The notes below the pieces were generated by a model that was not told where the DNA came from, did no database searches, and worked only from the letters and a program-made list of their open reading frames with translations. A stretch of 63,516 nt of DNA, the filler included, from Squatina squatina (lineage: Eukaryota): the NCBI GenBank assembly GCA_031763465.1. It is 4 parts of 4 records of this genome, joined end to end, with 100 filler letters (N's around TTAATTAATTAA, not from the genome) between each part and the next. Parts side by side here need not be neighbours in the genome. Positions count along the whole stretch, not along the records: positions 32,464 to 49,389 come from JARFOE010000100.1; 3 more parts are not named here. The stretch is one strand, 5' to 3'. The stretch's first letter is position 1, and each line of letters starts with the position of its first letter. The position numbers and the translations under genes were made by a program. Shown here piece by piece: positions 35,251 to 49,489 of the stretch.

Positions 35251-38200
35251 AATTTAAACCAGTGTATTTCAATATCCAAAATTCTGAGCAGAGAGGTGCT
35301 GCAGAAGGAACCAACAACAGGCCCTTTATGAGCTGGAAGCTGAGTAGCGCTGAATGGAGGTAAGTTGCAGTAAGAGTGCCCCGCCTGCGAGCTGATGAGG
35401 CCATCAGCGCCTCCAACAGTGCCGCGCTGCGAGTTTATTTTATAGGTGTGCAATGTCGAGGCGCTCTCCAGACTTTTGCGCCGGCCACTGATTCTTGAAA
35501 AAAATAAAGTGTGCTTCACGAATGCACCGCCACATAACTTCTATTTATGAAGCTCAATATCCCGTATGCTTTTTTAACTGCTTTCTCGACCTGCCTGCCA
35601 CTTTCAATGGCGTTGAGGTAGAAGATCAATCTTGTCGAATGGTGGAACAGGCTTGAGGGGCTGAATGGCCTACTCCTGCTCCTATTTCTTATGCTCTTAT
35701 TCTAAGGAGGCATTGGCCCGTTTAACGTAATATGCATCAGTGTCCGACAGCGTAATTTCAGGTCCTATGCATGTTTTACTCACTGAGGCTAAGAAAACTA
35801 TATTGTATATAACTTGTAGATTTTATTTAGGTTACTTTAGCTGTTGTAGAAATAATTGTTAACAAACAAGAAAATGTGAAAGGCCCTCTGGAGACCACAG
35901 AAATATCATTAATTTTGTAACAGCCGGAAGCGTTACTAAAATCCATGAACATTTATTTAGTACATACAGTTCCAGCAAGTTTCTTTTTTCAGCATGTATG
36001 CAAAAAGAACAACACAAATATATGTCATTCAATTTCCGATCAAATCACTGTCCAGTCTCACATAAATGCACTATCCATTTACGGAGCACTCTATTTGAAA
36101 TCCTCCCTCGTTGCTCACTTTCTTCCTTATTGCTTACCCAGTAATAACACATTGGAGAACATTGCTTATGCCCGCAGGTTATGTTTTTGTAAATTGTGGC
36201 ATGTAATAGAATCATAAAGGACACGCATTAGGAGCACCACAGAATCACAATGTGTATTGCCTGCTACGTGAGGCTGTATAATTCCAATTCATTTTACAAT
36301 GCATTTGAGTGCAAATGCTTCTTCACTTTCAAGATTTACTGCTATCAAGTTGCACAGTCTCAAATGAACCAAAAGATTTCTGGGATGAACAGTTCATAGA
36401 TATTGTTCAATAATTGCAGAGGGCAGTTTTTAATGTACTTACTGTAAGAGCACTATATCGTGAACTGAGCACACCTTCAGGCAAAGTAGTTAATACGTAT
36501 GTAATCCCCGTCAAATAGCAAAAAGCATACATAAATCTTCGGAACCCTAAATCCTATTCTGATGGCTTATAAACAATACTATGGCAGCTATCTCTAACTT
36601 AAAGTAACACGGTGCTGTGTACAGTAAGTCAAAGAATATGTTTTATAATAAAATTATGCTATGTAACACACAATATTATATAATGATGAAGGGAATGGTT
36701 ACACCTTGATGGCCTTTCCTAATAGGTGTATAGAACTGACTTGAGGAAAGCCGTTTGCTGTGAAGTTGGAGCTGTGTTTAACCTAGCCTCTACCTCTAAA
36801 GAAAGAACTTGCACTTGGATAATGCCCTTTCAAATTCCCATGACACTCCAAAGTGCTTCACAGTTAATGAACTGCTTTTGAAGTGTAGTTACTGCTGTTA
36901 TGTGGGTTCAATAGTAGTGAGATAAATGACCACTGTTTTACCAATATCAGTCAGAGCACCAGGAATGCTCCCCTGCCCTTGAAATGGTGCNNNNNNNNNN
37001 NNNNNNNNNNNNNNNNNNNNNNNNNNNNNNNNNNNNNNNNNNNNNNNNNNNNNNNNNNNNNNNNNNNNNNNNNNNNNNNNNNNNNNNNNNTTTTTAGTTT
37101 ATCTCCTAACTCCCTAAATTCACCTTGTAGGACCTCATCCTGTTTTTTACCTATATCGTTGGTACCTTAAATATATACAGTGACAACTGTTTATCATGAG
37201 CTCAGGTATAGATAATCTCGAACTATAGTGAAAAACATTTGAGCGAAATGATTACCTGCTTGTATGCGGCAATCTAAACACCAGTCTTTTAACTTTCAGT
37301 AGACAGATAGCAAACAAGTAGAATCTGGGAATATGATCTGAATTTGAAATAATGAACTCTGAGCTATTATATTTATAATATTTTTAAAAATTTCTGTATA
37401 TACTTCCTGTCAACTTTTTCCAATATAGATGCCTATGTGTATATTTACATTAGCTATAAGCTATATAACAGATTTAAACAAATATCTAAATAACGTTATG
37501 TATAGGTACTATACATAATTGAAGCAATTTAAAGTTTGAGCAGTGTATAAGACTTTAATCTTCATGATAGCTTGCATAAAATTTGCCTCTTTATGACAAA
37601 AAAATTCCAGTTAGGTTATATTTAAGAAATTTAGCTTCATGAATATGGAATTTACCCAGCTGTATAAGAAGATTAATAGCAATCTGTTTTATATAGCATG
37701 CGTTTGATCTAAAGCAGCAAATTATATCCCCAAGCTCTAATTTTCGCAGGATCTTTAAATTGGTGCAAAAAAGATTAAACTCATTCCAAAATATTTCACT
37801 ATAGCAGTGAGTGCTGAATTGTATCATTATTATGAAATGTGCGAGATGGAGACACTGCTCTGCGGGTTATTCATTATTGGCAACATTCTATGAATGTCTG
37901 TGAACTAGAAGATTTCCTTCACTTTGAATCTTCAAAATACATTTTCTTTAACTAGCCATGATAAGTCACCATCTTTGCCAATAAACTTTTCCAGACAGTT
38001 CTCCCCTTTTCCTTATATACTTCACATTCCAATAAACATTTTTTTACATTAATATTACGGTACTTGTGGCCTAAGTTGGTAATACCATTTAAGGCATTTT
38101 AACTGGATTATTATCCGCTTGCTGAGTCATGAATCTATTTAACTAATGTTGAGCATTAAGAAATTATTGGAAAAATTAGTTAAGGAATTTCATGTAATAT

Positions 38201-38843
38201 TAAGTCTCATTATCAAGTGCAATTGGAAAGAAATTATTGGACACCTGCTAGAGTTCTTGTAAAAACATAAACCAGGAAAACATGATGCAAACTGCTAGGT
38301 GAGCTCAGAGATGAAATGTCTATCTTGAAATCTTTCCCATGTACTATATTGTATTCCTCTGTTGAATATCTGTCCTCATCAAGGTGAGGAATATCAGTGC
38401 AAGAACTCTTGAACTACTCCAGCACTAAGGTAGCTTACATCTTTGTTGTACATGTGCTGCCTCAGGATTCCCTGGGGCTTCCCCAACAAATATAGCTGGA
38501 CCTGAATCTAATGAGGCGGAAGGGAACATTTTCAGCCTCATTTTACTCAAATCATGATCGTTGGGTGCCCCAGCAAAGANNNNNNNNNNNNNNNNNNNNN
38601 NNNNNNNNNNNNNNNNNNNNNNNNNNNNNNNNNNNNNNNNNNNNNNNNNNNNNNNNNNNNNNNNNNNNNNNNNNNNNNNCAATTAACCCTGTCTTAAGAC
38701 TTAATAACTGACTGTAGAACAGAGGAGATGTTTTCAGTTAAGAAGGAATGGGACAGAGTAGATAGAAACAGACTGATTCCAATGGTTGAGAGGGTCTAGG
38801 ACGAGGGGATGGAGATATCGCGTCAACATTTCAGAATAGGTTA

Positions 38844-39152
38844 AAGAAAGAAAGACTTGCATTGCTACAGCATCTTTCATGACCACCGGACATCCCAAAT
38901 CAATTTGCAGCCAATGAAGTACTTTTGAGGTTTGTCACTGTTGTAATGTAGGAAAAGCGGCAGGCAATTTGCGCACAGCAAGGTCCCACAAACAGCAATG
39001 TGATCAATGACCGGATAATCTGTTAAGGGATAAATAATAGCAAGGAAATCAGGGTATAACTCCCCTGCTCTTCTTCAAAATAGTGCGATGGGATCTTTCA
39101 CGTCCACCTGATGGCGCAGACAGGGCCTCGGTTTAACACCTCATCTGAAAGG
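38844..39152 (-). mobile_element. Deu-domain SINE (SacSINE1-like)
   Basis: Same family as 19911-20212. Confidence 0.8.
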
Positions 39153-39764
39153 GTAGGGGAACTGCAGTTGAAAAAAAAACACAAACCTCACATTTTTAGT
39201 TATTATATCTAAAAACAAACAGACCTGTTTTAGATATTCTTCAATCAATTCAGACCCTTTAGATATCACAAACTATTTTGCACACATTGTTTTTGACAGG
39301 TTCAACAACAGTTTTACTGTTCAAGAATAAAAACCTTGGTCACTGTCTTCTTCTGGAGTTTACAGGAAAAGCACAAATGAGGGACAGAGGCTGAAGGTCA
39401 ATCTGCCGCGCAACAGCATTGCAATCCAATCTTCCATGAAAGGCCACATCACCAAGTCCGACAAAGAGAAATGATCGGAGTCTGCGGGAGAGACGAGGTG
39501 TGACTCGGTGATGCTGAAGTCCAGTGATGCTGAAACCATGTTCTACTTGCCCTTGAAGACTTTTACTCAATCCAGGGGAATGAGACTAAACGCTGGACAC
39601 AAGCTATTACCGCTTCTTCTGGTTAAGAGCCTTATAACGTTTTTAGTCCACTCTACACCAGGAGNNNNNNNNNNNNNNNNNNNNNNNNNNNNNNNNNNNN
39701 NNNNNNNNNNNNNNNNNNNNNNNNNNNNNNNNNNNNNNNNNNNNNNNNNNNNNNNNNNNNNNNN

Positions 39765-39857
39765 TTAGTTTAAAGCCTTCTCTACTTCCCTAGTTATTCG
39801 ATTCGCCAGGACACTGGTCCCAGCATGGTTCAAGTGAAGCCAGTCCCAGCGGAACAG
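39765..39857 (-). mobile_element. CR1 ORF1 (esterase-like) C-terminal fragment
   Basis: DWLHLNHAGTSVLANRITREVEKALN*. Confidence 0.7.
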
Positions 39858-40002
39858 CAAACAGTAAGTAACACCACAGAAGGAGGCCATTTGGCATTGG
39901 CATTCCACTCCCTCATAGTCACCCTCTACAGATGTAACCCATCCATTCAGTATACTCATCCTATCACTCTCATTCAAACTTCTCTTCTTTCCCTCCTTGC
40001 AG

Positions 40003-40144
40003 GAAAAGAGAGCCCAGAATAACAGGGAGAGCGAGAAAACCGGAAGTGGTCCTCCAGTCTTCGCACAACTAACAGCAGCAGAGGAAGCAGTTCTGGAGAT
40101 CTTGGGAGTTGCAGACATGGAGAAGGGTACATCCCAGCAACCTG
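40003..40144 (+). pseudogene. Harbinger ORF2 (Myb/SANT-like) exon relic
   Basis: EKRAQNNRESEKTGSGPP..LTAAEEAVLEILG resembles the KTGGGPP..LT..EE..L motif; polypyrimidine acceptor. Confidence 0.7.
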
Positions 40145-40924
40145 GTGACAGAATCACATCTCACAAAGCAACATGGCATACAGCAGTCACTCATATCGTG
40201 AATGACATCAGCAACCAGTGAATTGTCATCCTGTGCATAATGGTAATGTTACCCATTTTTAATATAGCACTTCTATCTTCTCAATAGTATTTTTTCCCCC
40301 ATAATGGAATGCGCTCAATAGTAATAATTACAGCAGGAAATCTGTGTTTGTGTCCCGATTTGCTGCCCTTTTCACCTATTTTCTTTTTGCTATTTTGTTC
40401 TAGTCTTATCCATGGTATTTTAAATTGGACTGACTGTTTTTATGATTTGGCTGCAAATTGTGATCGGCATTTAACATGAGAGGTGAGGAATATTTGTTAT
40501 TAAAATATTGATTTTAGCTCAAATGGCCATGTTGCTGAGTTGACTACCCTACATCTAAAACGCTTGGGTTAAGTCAATTGTTGTCTTCACTGCTGGACAG
40601 ATGCCCTTTGCCTCCTTCCCATGCAGTAGCTGTACCTTCTACTAGAGAGCTGGATGTGAGGGCCTAGAACTGGATATGGAGGGGCTGAACTAGAAACACT
40701 TACTACTCCACCGGTGATGGTTATATATTAGTGGAAAGAGAGTTGATAGCACATTGATAAATACGGATGAGGAAAGAAAGATGGAAAACTTGTAGTTCTC
40801 CCCCATCACTCTATCTGGCTACTTCAAGTGTTGATCGCTCTTTGTGACGTTCTTCCTGACAACAGTCTTAAGATTGCCTTTCACCAGTGTAGTCCTGTCC
40901 ATCCTTGTTCTCCTGCCGCCATAC

Positions 40925-41337
40925 TTTAGAAGAATGAGAGGGGATCTCATTGAAACTTATAAAATTCTGACAGGTCTGGACAGACTAGATGCAGGGAGGA
41001 TGTTCCCGATGGTGGGCAACTCCAGAACCAGGGGTCACAGCCTAAGGATACAGGGTAAGCCTTTTAGGACTGAGATGAGAAGAAATTTCTTCACCCAGAG
41101 AGAAATGAACCTGTGGAATTCTCTCCCACAAAAGGCAGTTGAGGCCAAATCATTAAATATATTCAAGAAGGAGTTAGATATAGTTCTTATTGCTAAAGGG
41201 GTCAAGGGATATGGGGAGAAAGCAGGAACAGGGTTCTGAATTTGGATGATCAGCCATGACCGTATTGAATGGTGGAGCAGGATCGAAGGGCCGAATGGCC
41301 TCCTCCTGCTCCTATTTTCCATGTTTCTATGTTTCTA
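40925..41337 (+). mobile_element. CR1 LINE 5'-truncated copy (RT tail, 3'UTR, TTTCTATG tail)
   Basis: RRMRGDLIETYKIL..RTRGHSLRI..RNFFTQR..LWNSLPQKAVEA. Confidence 0.93.
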
Positions 41338-44300
41338 TTAGAGTCTCATGACAAAAAGAAATTGGGATGGTGCGATGTTAAGGGGAAATATATATTTTGC
41401 ATCTCCTCAGCATTTTTTGGACAAACTTTGAATGTCAGCAACTTATGCCATAGGAAATAAAGCACATGGATATAAAAAACACAACTCTAGCTTTGTGAAG
41501 AATAATGTATTCAGATCTGTCAGGACAGGTGCCTCCCTTTACTTTCGAAATAATATAATTAAATACCCCCACAAACTTTCCTCTGATGAACACATCAAAG
41601 TGTCATAGAGAATAGGCAGAACAAATCGAACCATTTATAATTCAAATAACAATCATCTTCCTATTAATTATTTTTTTCTGATTTATATTCCTGAGGATAT
41701 TTGTCACAGCAGGGTTTGGTTGCAGCTGAGTTAAGAAGAAAAAGAAAATACTTTTCACATCGCTCGGAGCTGATTGAAGTGCATACTGATAGACCAATTG
41801 TACATTACTCCACTGTAGTCTGATAAGTACAATCAATGCAACTGTGACAACCTTTGATATTCAATGTAGAGTACTCGCCAGCGACATTGAGCTGACATTA
41901 CTTCAGATCTTAGTAAGCATTTGTGCTTTTGACAGGCAGCAACAATGACGTTAATGTCTACTGCAGGTTTTACAATAACCGTCGAAAGAACTCACGTGCA
42001 ATTAGCGGAAAGAAGTCTCTAGGAGAGATAAAAGTCAAGGAAATAAAATTACAGGGCAATTAGAGATCATTATGGGCCCCGGGGCCTGTAGACGACATTA
42101 GCCAGTTTCACTTTTAAAAGTTTTTCCCGGCACTGGTTATAGACTATTACATTGTACTACAACTGTGATGGATGAACTAGAGAATGAAACATGAGCTTCA
42201 CATTCCCTGAGGGAGAGGTTAAAATCCACCATACTTCTGGGCATACTGTATAGAGTAGAAAGCATTTACCAGGGACCTTGTTAATCAAAGTGTTTATTTA
42301 AAGTGAGCACGCTGGCCTCCAATGCATTGTGCCATTCAATGGTAGACTGCGGCGGCGGTGGGGGGTGGGGGGGAGGCATGAATGACAGAGAGCTACTTCC
42401 CACTACCACGGCGGCACAGCATAAGTTGATGGCACAGTTGAAAGCCAGCTTTTGTCCTCTTTGGCGGCAGAACCGAGCTTGACTACTGGCAATGATTTCT
42501 GTTTATACTATCAGCCTCACTTGCACTGGGTTGCAGTTTTAACATGTATTACGTGACTACAAAGACATAAAGGACAGATTTTGAAAAAGAAAACACAAGC
42601 TTATTTCTTTAATATTTAAATCTTTAATAATAAAGATTTACAAATCTTTAACAACCCTTAAAAACGTTTGCTAATTTTTACCCCTTGGTCCGCACACAAN
42701 NNNNNNNNNNNNNNNNNNNNNNNNNNNNNNNNNNNNNNNNNNNNNNNNNNNNNNNNNNNNNNNNNNNNNNNNNNNNNNNNNNNNNNNNNNNNNNNNNNNT
42801 TAATTCCTGCGTCACCACTGGAATTCCTGCTCCGCTAACAGCGAGCTTCCATTCAGTGACATTCTTCATGCCCAGAGCTCACTGAAATTACAGCAATGAA
42901 GTTGCCTCCTCATATAATCAAGCTCTGTTGGTGGACTCCCACTGAGTCCACCAACAGAACCAAAATTCAGCAGTGCCAATTTGGCTAAATTAGAGATGAA
43001 AACCTTAGGGCTGAATTTAGCCTAGGAGGGCCTAATTTCTGTGATTATGTACAAATTTCATGTGTATGTTGTGGTTCCTTACCGTGTTAATACTGAAGTC
43101 CCAATTTCTTGGTGNNNNNNNNNNGACAGAGCAGTTTTGGTGATTTTGCCATTGAACAAGAGGTCAGTGGTAGATACTCTGCGGTTCAGTTCACAGTGGA
43201 TGTACTTAATTTGAAATGGTGCTTTTGGGCTTGCCTATCTGTAGCCACTGATTGAACAAAGTACAGCGTAATTGAATTCCTGAAAACCTTCAGCACTGCA
43301 AGGATCATGTATTGGTCAAGGAAAATTGCTTAATGAAACTATTTGTTTTGCCCTGACCTAAAATTCATACTCTAAGCTGAATTTTGCAGACTTGACATAC
43401 CTATTCTTCATTGGTAAATTCCAAACAGCATCAAATTTAACACCAAACAAACAGTATTGTGCAGACAGACACCAAGTCCTTCCAGTTGTCACGGCAACCG
43501 CTACATGAAAGCAGACGCTCTGTTGAATTCACAATGGATTCCTTTAAAGATTGGGGAATATCATTATTTCTCAATCACAGAGCTGCTGGTCTTTTCCTTG
43601 AGGATCTGAATGAGCTTTGCCAAGGACAAAGCTGGCAAAGCAAAGCCACAACTGGAGACATTTCAAGAAATTTGCAGATGGTCAGATTCTTCATGCACAG
43701 CAGATCAGTAAATTAATTCCTTACATGATGTAAGAGATTCGCCTTGAGACCTGTGTAATAGGGGTCCCGTATCCCCAGCTCGGCTCTACTGCTGAAGAAG
43801 AACACAATATAAGGAAGAATTATGGTTATGTCGCTCATGTTGGATGTTTCATTTTTATTTCTGGAAATTCTGAATTAAGTAGCAATAGCTACAACATGTA
43901 AAGAAAAATAAAACCTGGGAAAAATTACAAATAATGAAAAATAAGGAAAAAAGATTAATATCACACTATAGGTAGTAGAACAGCGCTATTAGAAAATGTA
44001 ACAAACTTAAATACAAGGTCGTAATAGTTGCACTGGAGGCAAGGTTAACAGTAGTGTATGGTACTCAAAGTCCTAAACTGAGGAGGACCATAATCAGTTT
44101 ATTAAAATCTATTGGTAGTGGAGGTTTGGACCAAGAAAGCAAATCCTAGAAGTTCCACTAAGAAATGTCTGAGACCTGATTCTATAAGCACCAAAGCATT
44201 GGTTCAACAACAGGAATGAGTATTTGCACATCACAACTACAGGAGGATAGACATTAGAGGAAAATGAGCAAACAGTATATGAGGAGGGGAAAGAACAGGT

Positions 44301-44636
44301 ACAGCCGGGGTAATGCCAGGCTAACAGCCTACCATGTAATAAAATGGAGAGGAGGAACATAGAGCCTTTCAGAATGGCAGTATCATCAAGTCTAGGCCCA
44401 GAGCATACTCAATATCAACTCCAAACCAAACTAGGTGGCATTATTCTCTCCCTCCAGTGAACTGAAATACGATATAATGCCATGAACCATTGCACCACTT
44501 TATTTCTCCATTGCATACAGCTTAAACATACAACTGAACACACAATATCTTCTCCATCACTGTCATTCCTCTGTCACTTTTTCCATCTTTTGCACAATTC
44601 CAAAATCTGCCTTCTTTCTGTTTCTATTTTCTATGT

Positions 44637-44800
44637 GCAGGGACAGAGGGACCTGGGGGTTCATGTGAATAGATCTTTGAAGGTGGCAGGACATATTGAG
44701 AGAGTAGTTAGCAAAGCATATGGGATCTTGGACTTCATAAATATAGGTATTGAGTACAAAAGTAGGGAGTTTAGGCTGAACCTTTATAAAGCTCTAGTTG
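44637..44800 (+). mobile_element. CR1 RT fragment
   Basis: QRDLGVHVNRSLKV..KAYGIL.FI..GIEYKSRE..LNLYKALV. Confidence 0.88.
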
Positions 44801-47062
44801 NNNNNNNNNNNNNNNNNNNNNNNNNNNNNNNNNNNNNNNNNNNNNNNNNNNNNNNNNNNNNNNNNNNNNNNNNNNNNNNNNNNNNNNNNNNNNNNNNNNN
44901 ATCACTGAATGCTTTTAATGAAGGCACATTGGTCTTTCAACTCCATCTCATTGGGCTGTGATGCGAAGTACAGCTCCAGTCCCTTGTTTCCCCTATGTAT
45001 GCACTTACTGTAACTGAATGCTCATGGTAACCACTGAAAGATAAGTATCCTGATTTCTCAATTCTGCTCTGATTTTGAAGTAACATAACATACTGTTACA
45101 GACCCATTAGTTCCAAGCCACTCTTTGTAGCTGTGCGGCTGCATGTCAGCCCTTGACCCCAATTTATATGGTCCTTTATGTAGTCTTTTTGTAGTTTAAA
45201 ACACATTTTCCCTCAAATAGACTGCTTATTTCAAAGCCTCTGCCAAGGGTAGGGCAATGTATTGCTGGACCAAAGTTTTTTTCCATTTACCACAATTCAC
45301 AGTAACTGATGCACTGAAATAATTTAATACCTATTTCAGCTCAAGTTGTTCCTATACATTGCACTGGCTGCTGACTCTAATTTTGAATGAAATTCTTCAC
45401 TCCATTAAAGGTCTCATCTATTACTTCCAAATGCCCACTGATTGGTGAATTATAGCTACGTCATGTCTCTGGAAATGAAATTAAACTAATAATGGAAATT
45501 AGTGCGAATTTTCTGTACGTTTGTTTTCTTCGTAGATCTGAATCCTGATTGATCCAGGTTTAATTTTCCATGGAATATTATGCACGGCTTGCACTTTTAT
45601 CAGAGATTTTAAATGCTGCAGATCAAATCAGCTGGTTTTCAGGTCTCTACCATGCCCTCATTATTTGTCCATTCATCGATTCCTTCTGAAACAACAGCTA
45701 AATTCAATGCTTGAGAACTTACACTTCTACAATGCGCAGTTGGCTCCAGGTGAAATTGGCAGTGTNNNNNNNNNNNNNNNNNNNNNNNNNNNNNNNNNNN
45801 NNNNNNNNNNNNNNNNNNNNNNNNNNNNNNNNNNNNNNNNNNNNNNNNNNNNNNNNNNNNNNNNNTGCACACTGCGTATCCATGAAATCACACAAGATAC
45901 CATGTAGCCATGGGTCATTGGGTGACACTGTCTCTGCTCCAACATAAGTATGTTTTTTAATCTGCTAACAAAAAAAGGCCGCATACAACAGATGAGACCA
46001 AATGTGGACTGACAGATATCACCTGGTGACTCTGTATGAGAGGAGAGAGCCTTCTGAATTCTGGACCCACAGGCCATAGGGGACATTGGAATGCAACTGT
46101 CAAAAGAAGTTGCAAGGGCATGAATGATGTTGCACGGGTATAACTGGTGTGTAAAGATAAGAATTCACCTGTTGAGTGTTCAGGGAGTACTTGCTCAGTA
46201 CTTGGAGACTGGCTGACTTTCAGTGGAATGGCAGAAGCTGTTTGAAATCTGGCTTTCTGACTGAGAATTGAGGCCTGTGAAACTTGATAAGAGCATTTTC
46301 AAAAATATACATAATGCAGTCAGATGTTTCCCTCCTGCAGAATTCATTCCATGAATATTTCACCAACTTCCTCGAAGTCCCTGGGATATAACTATTAGTA
46401 ACATCTTAAGTCTGATACTAATGACGTCCTGGCTGTTCCGGTGAAAAGTCTGCAGCATTTATGGAACATATTTTAAAATTTGACACCTTACTTAAATATC
46501 ATTAATTTATTTTGTTGTAATTGAATAATGTTAAAACAACGGATATAAAATTAGCATACACTGATCATTCTCTCCCTGTGGTAAACTGCAGATAAAGCAC
46601 TCAGCAAACCTGCAGTGACGCAATTACAATCATTAACCTTTCAGCAAGGACATCATTATCACTAGCTGCATGAATCCTGGCTATTAGAGCAGGTTAAAAA
46701 AGGAGAAAGAAACCCAGAACAAAACCACCCCACCAGAGTCAGTGCATATCTATTAGCAGAGCCGAGGATAGCTGTCCTATCTATATTATGCTATCGGTCA
46801 GTCAGAGAAAATGCTGTCTATCCCATGTAACACACAATGAATTATCTGGACCACTGACTTTAGGTGAATATGCCAAAGTGCATTTTTATTTCACAGTATT
46901 GTAGGAGTGTTCATGATACATTTGGGCTTAAATTCCGTGATTATGCACACATTTCTGTATGANNNNNNNNNNNNNNNNNNNNNNNNNNNNNNNNNNNNNN
47001 NNNNNNNNNNNNNNNNNNNNNNNNNNNNNNNNNNNNNNNNNNNNNNNNNNNNNNNNNNNNNN

Positions 47063-47605
47063 GGCATCAGTGTGCAGAGCCATGGCCATACAGCAGCCTT
47101 ATTGGGGACAGCGACAGGGCAGAGCCCATGCCATGCCGATGGGTCCCCATCTCAGTGGCCCCATCATCGCTGCAAATTTTTTGGGGTCTGTTGACGATGC
47201 CTCAGGCGCCAGATCGCCATCAGGCAAAAACCCTGCACCCCTTGAAAGAGAAATCTCAGCCCCCAATCTTTAGCGACTTCAACAAGATGACGGCCGGAGC
47301 CGTCAGATAAGTGTAGCGCTGACTTTTCTTGGCATTGCATTTGGGAGGACTCTTTTGGCGCTCAGTTTAGGGAATTTTGAAACAGAGCGCCAACGAGCCC
47401 CGCACGCACTGATGACGCCATCGGAGGCCCTAACTCGATCTCGCCTGGCCTTGGAGGCGCAAAAGCTTAAGGCCTGAAATTTTACCCTAGCAAATTTTGC
47501 GGGAGGTGCAAAAAAGTGATTTAACGCCTAAAGAATTTTTAACGTCCCGTTAACGCCTCAAGTAGGCATTAAGCGAATTTCGCGCCATGCCGAATTTCAC
47601 CCCCC
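47063..47605. mobile_element. GC-rich Harbinger-like MITE sequence
   Basis: CpG-rich tract ending in two TIR-like ends, GAATTTCGCGCC (47586) and GAATTTCACCCCCC (47605). Confidence 0.45.
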
Positions 47606-49389
47606 TAGAGGGGAGATGAGGAAAAATTATTTCACTCAGAGGGCACCCGAATTGCTGAGCACAAAAATTTGCACTCAACAAAGATGAAAATTAACTTTGA
47701 ACTCTGCATTCCAATGGTTAATACCACAGACTCTGCAAGATAGGGCAAATTCCATTTACTGATAATCAAATGGAATTTTTTCCCCCAGCTAGTGCATGGA
47801 ATTTGTGATAAGGCTATGCAATGATGATTTGTTAGAAGTGACCTTTACTCGTCTACAAGCACCAAGCCCCTTAGAACATGATCCTTTCTTTATGTGTCTT
47901 TTACTTTTGCTCCTAGTGCTGCAGAATGGCGTTTTCGAAGTATTTAGAAGTACAACCACCTTTTGCAATTACAAACTGGATGTGAGCCAAGCATATCAAT
48001 GAAGTCTTTTGAAAGGTTTGGCGCACTTTTCCTCCACGGTAATATTTCTCAACCTTTAGTGCACATTTGTGTCATATTCCATATGCAAATCTGACATTTA
48101 TCCAGCACAATTTGCTCACGCTGACTGATGTGTCTTTAACATACGTGCTTAGATTAACAAGTCTCCATCGCCAAAGGGTGTTTACTGAATATGTTTAATT
48201 TCCTGTGGATTTAAAATGAACACTGCTTAGAGAGCTGCAGGCAGGTCATGCTTAAAAAACATTCCACATACCTAACAATGGAATATGGGTTTACGTTTGC
48301 AGTTCCTTAGATGAGCGATTCGAGAGGCACGGATAGGAGCTGAGGTGTGAAGCAGAGGTGAAGTTTATCCCCACAGGGACAGATTGGCAAATGATAAATT
48401 AACGTGCAATTACTCAGGCAAATAATGGGACCATTTGAGAAAGAAAAGGACTATTTTAATTAAATGTGATGATGGCAAGAATTTTTCGTAAGGGAGCTGT
48501 AAATTCACAAAGCTGTCGCAGGTCTGCCTCTTGACAGCATGTTCCAGAGTACAGGCCGTATTCAATCTATTGTTTAGCAGCAATCCCAAAATGACAAAAT
48601 ATCAGAGGGTTGGAGAGCAGCTGTGCACCATTGAACATAACAANNNNNNNNNNNNNNNNNNNNNNNNNNNNNNNNNNNNNNNNNNNNNNNNNNNNNNNNN
48701 NNNNNNNNNNNNNNNNNNNNNNNNNNNNNNNNNNNNNNNNNNNCGTTCTCATGGGCAATAAATGCTGGCCTTGCCAGCGACACCCACATCCCATGAATGA
48801 ATTAAAAATTCCTCAATTGAAGCCCAGTTTGCAACATAAGTCATTCGATAATAATTATCGACTGATTTTTCCCTTTCCTCGCTCTGGTACACTGAGGCCA
48901 GTTGCCATCCCCCAATTGCTGCTTCTAATATTTCCGACTGATTATTATTGATCATATGTCCGGGCTGACTGAGAGAGAGGCTGCGCTTTATTTTCCATCC
49001 AACCGATTCCCGTATGACTGAGTTGAGAGGCAGTCCAGATAGACAGTGTGGTACAATGAGGGGAAGTGAGACTGCATCAACCACGTCCCTGCATTCTGCA
49101 GATAACTGTGGGCCTGCTGTTAATATTTTACGATTGCAAATGTGAATTGTGAGGTCACAGTTTTATAAATAGATAAACACTGCATTTTTATTATTACTGG
49201 AACAAGATATAAATCAGTGCCTTGGGATTCAGATGGAGTGTGTTATGCAAATATGTTTTTTAATGTATAAGCAATGTGTGGAATGGACTTGTTTATGAGA
49301 ACTGTCAGAAGAGTCCTGGCCTACTTCCCTCAGTCGTGTCTGCTACAACCATAGCAGCTGTGTAAAGAGGATATTTAACACCCCAGCAT

Positions 49390-49489
49390 NNNNNNNNNNN
49401 NNNNNNNNNNNNNNNNNNNNNNNNNNNNNNNNNTTAATTAATTAANNNNNNNNNNNNNNNNNNNNNNNNNNNNNNNNNNNNNNNNNNNN
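49390..49489. other. Artificial scaffold linker
   Basis: N44-TTAATTAATTAA-N44. Confidence 0.97.

Noticed and set aside
39300-39660. Possible exon after ttttgacAG
   Set aside because: All three frames hit stops early and no recognisable peptide results.
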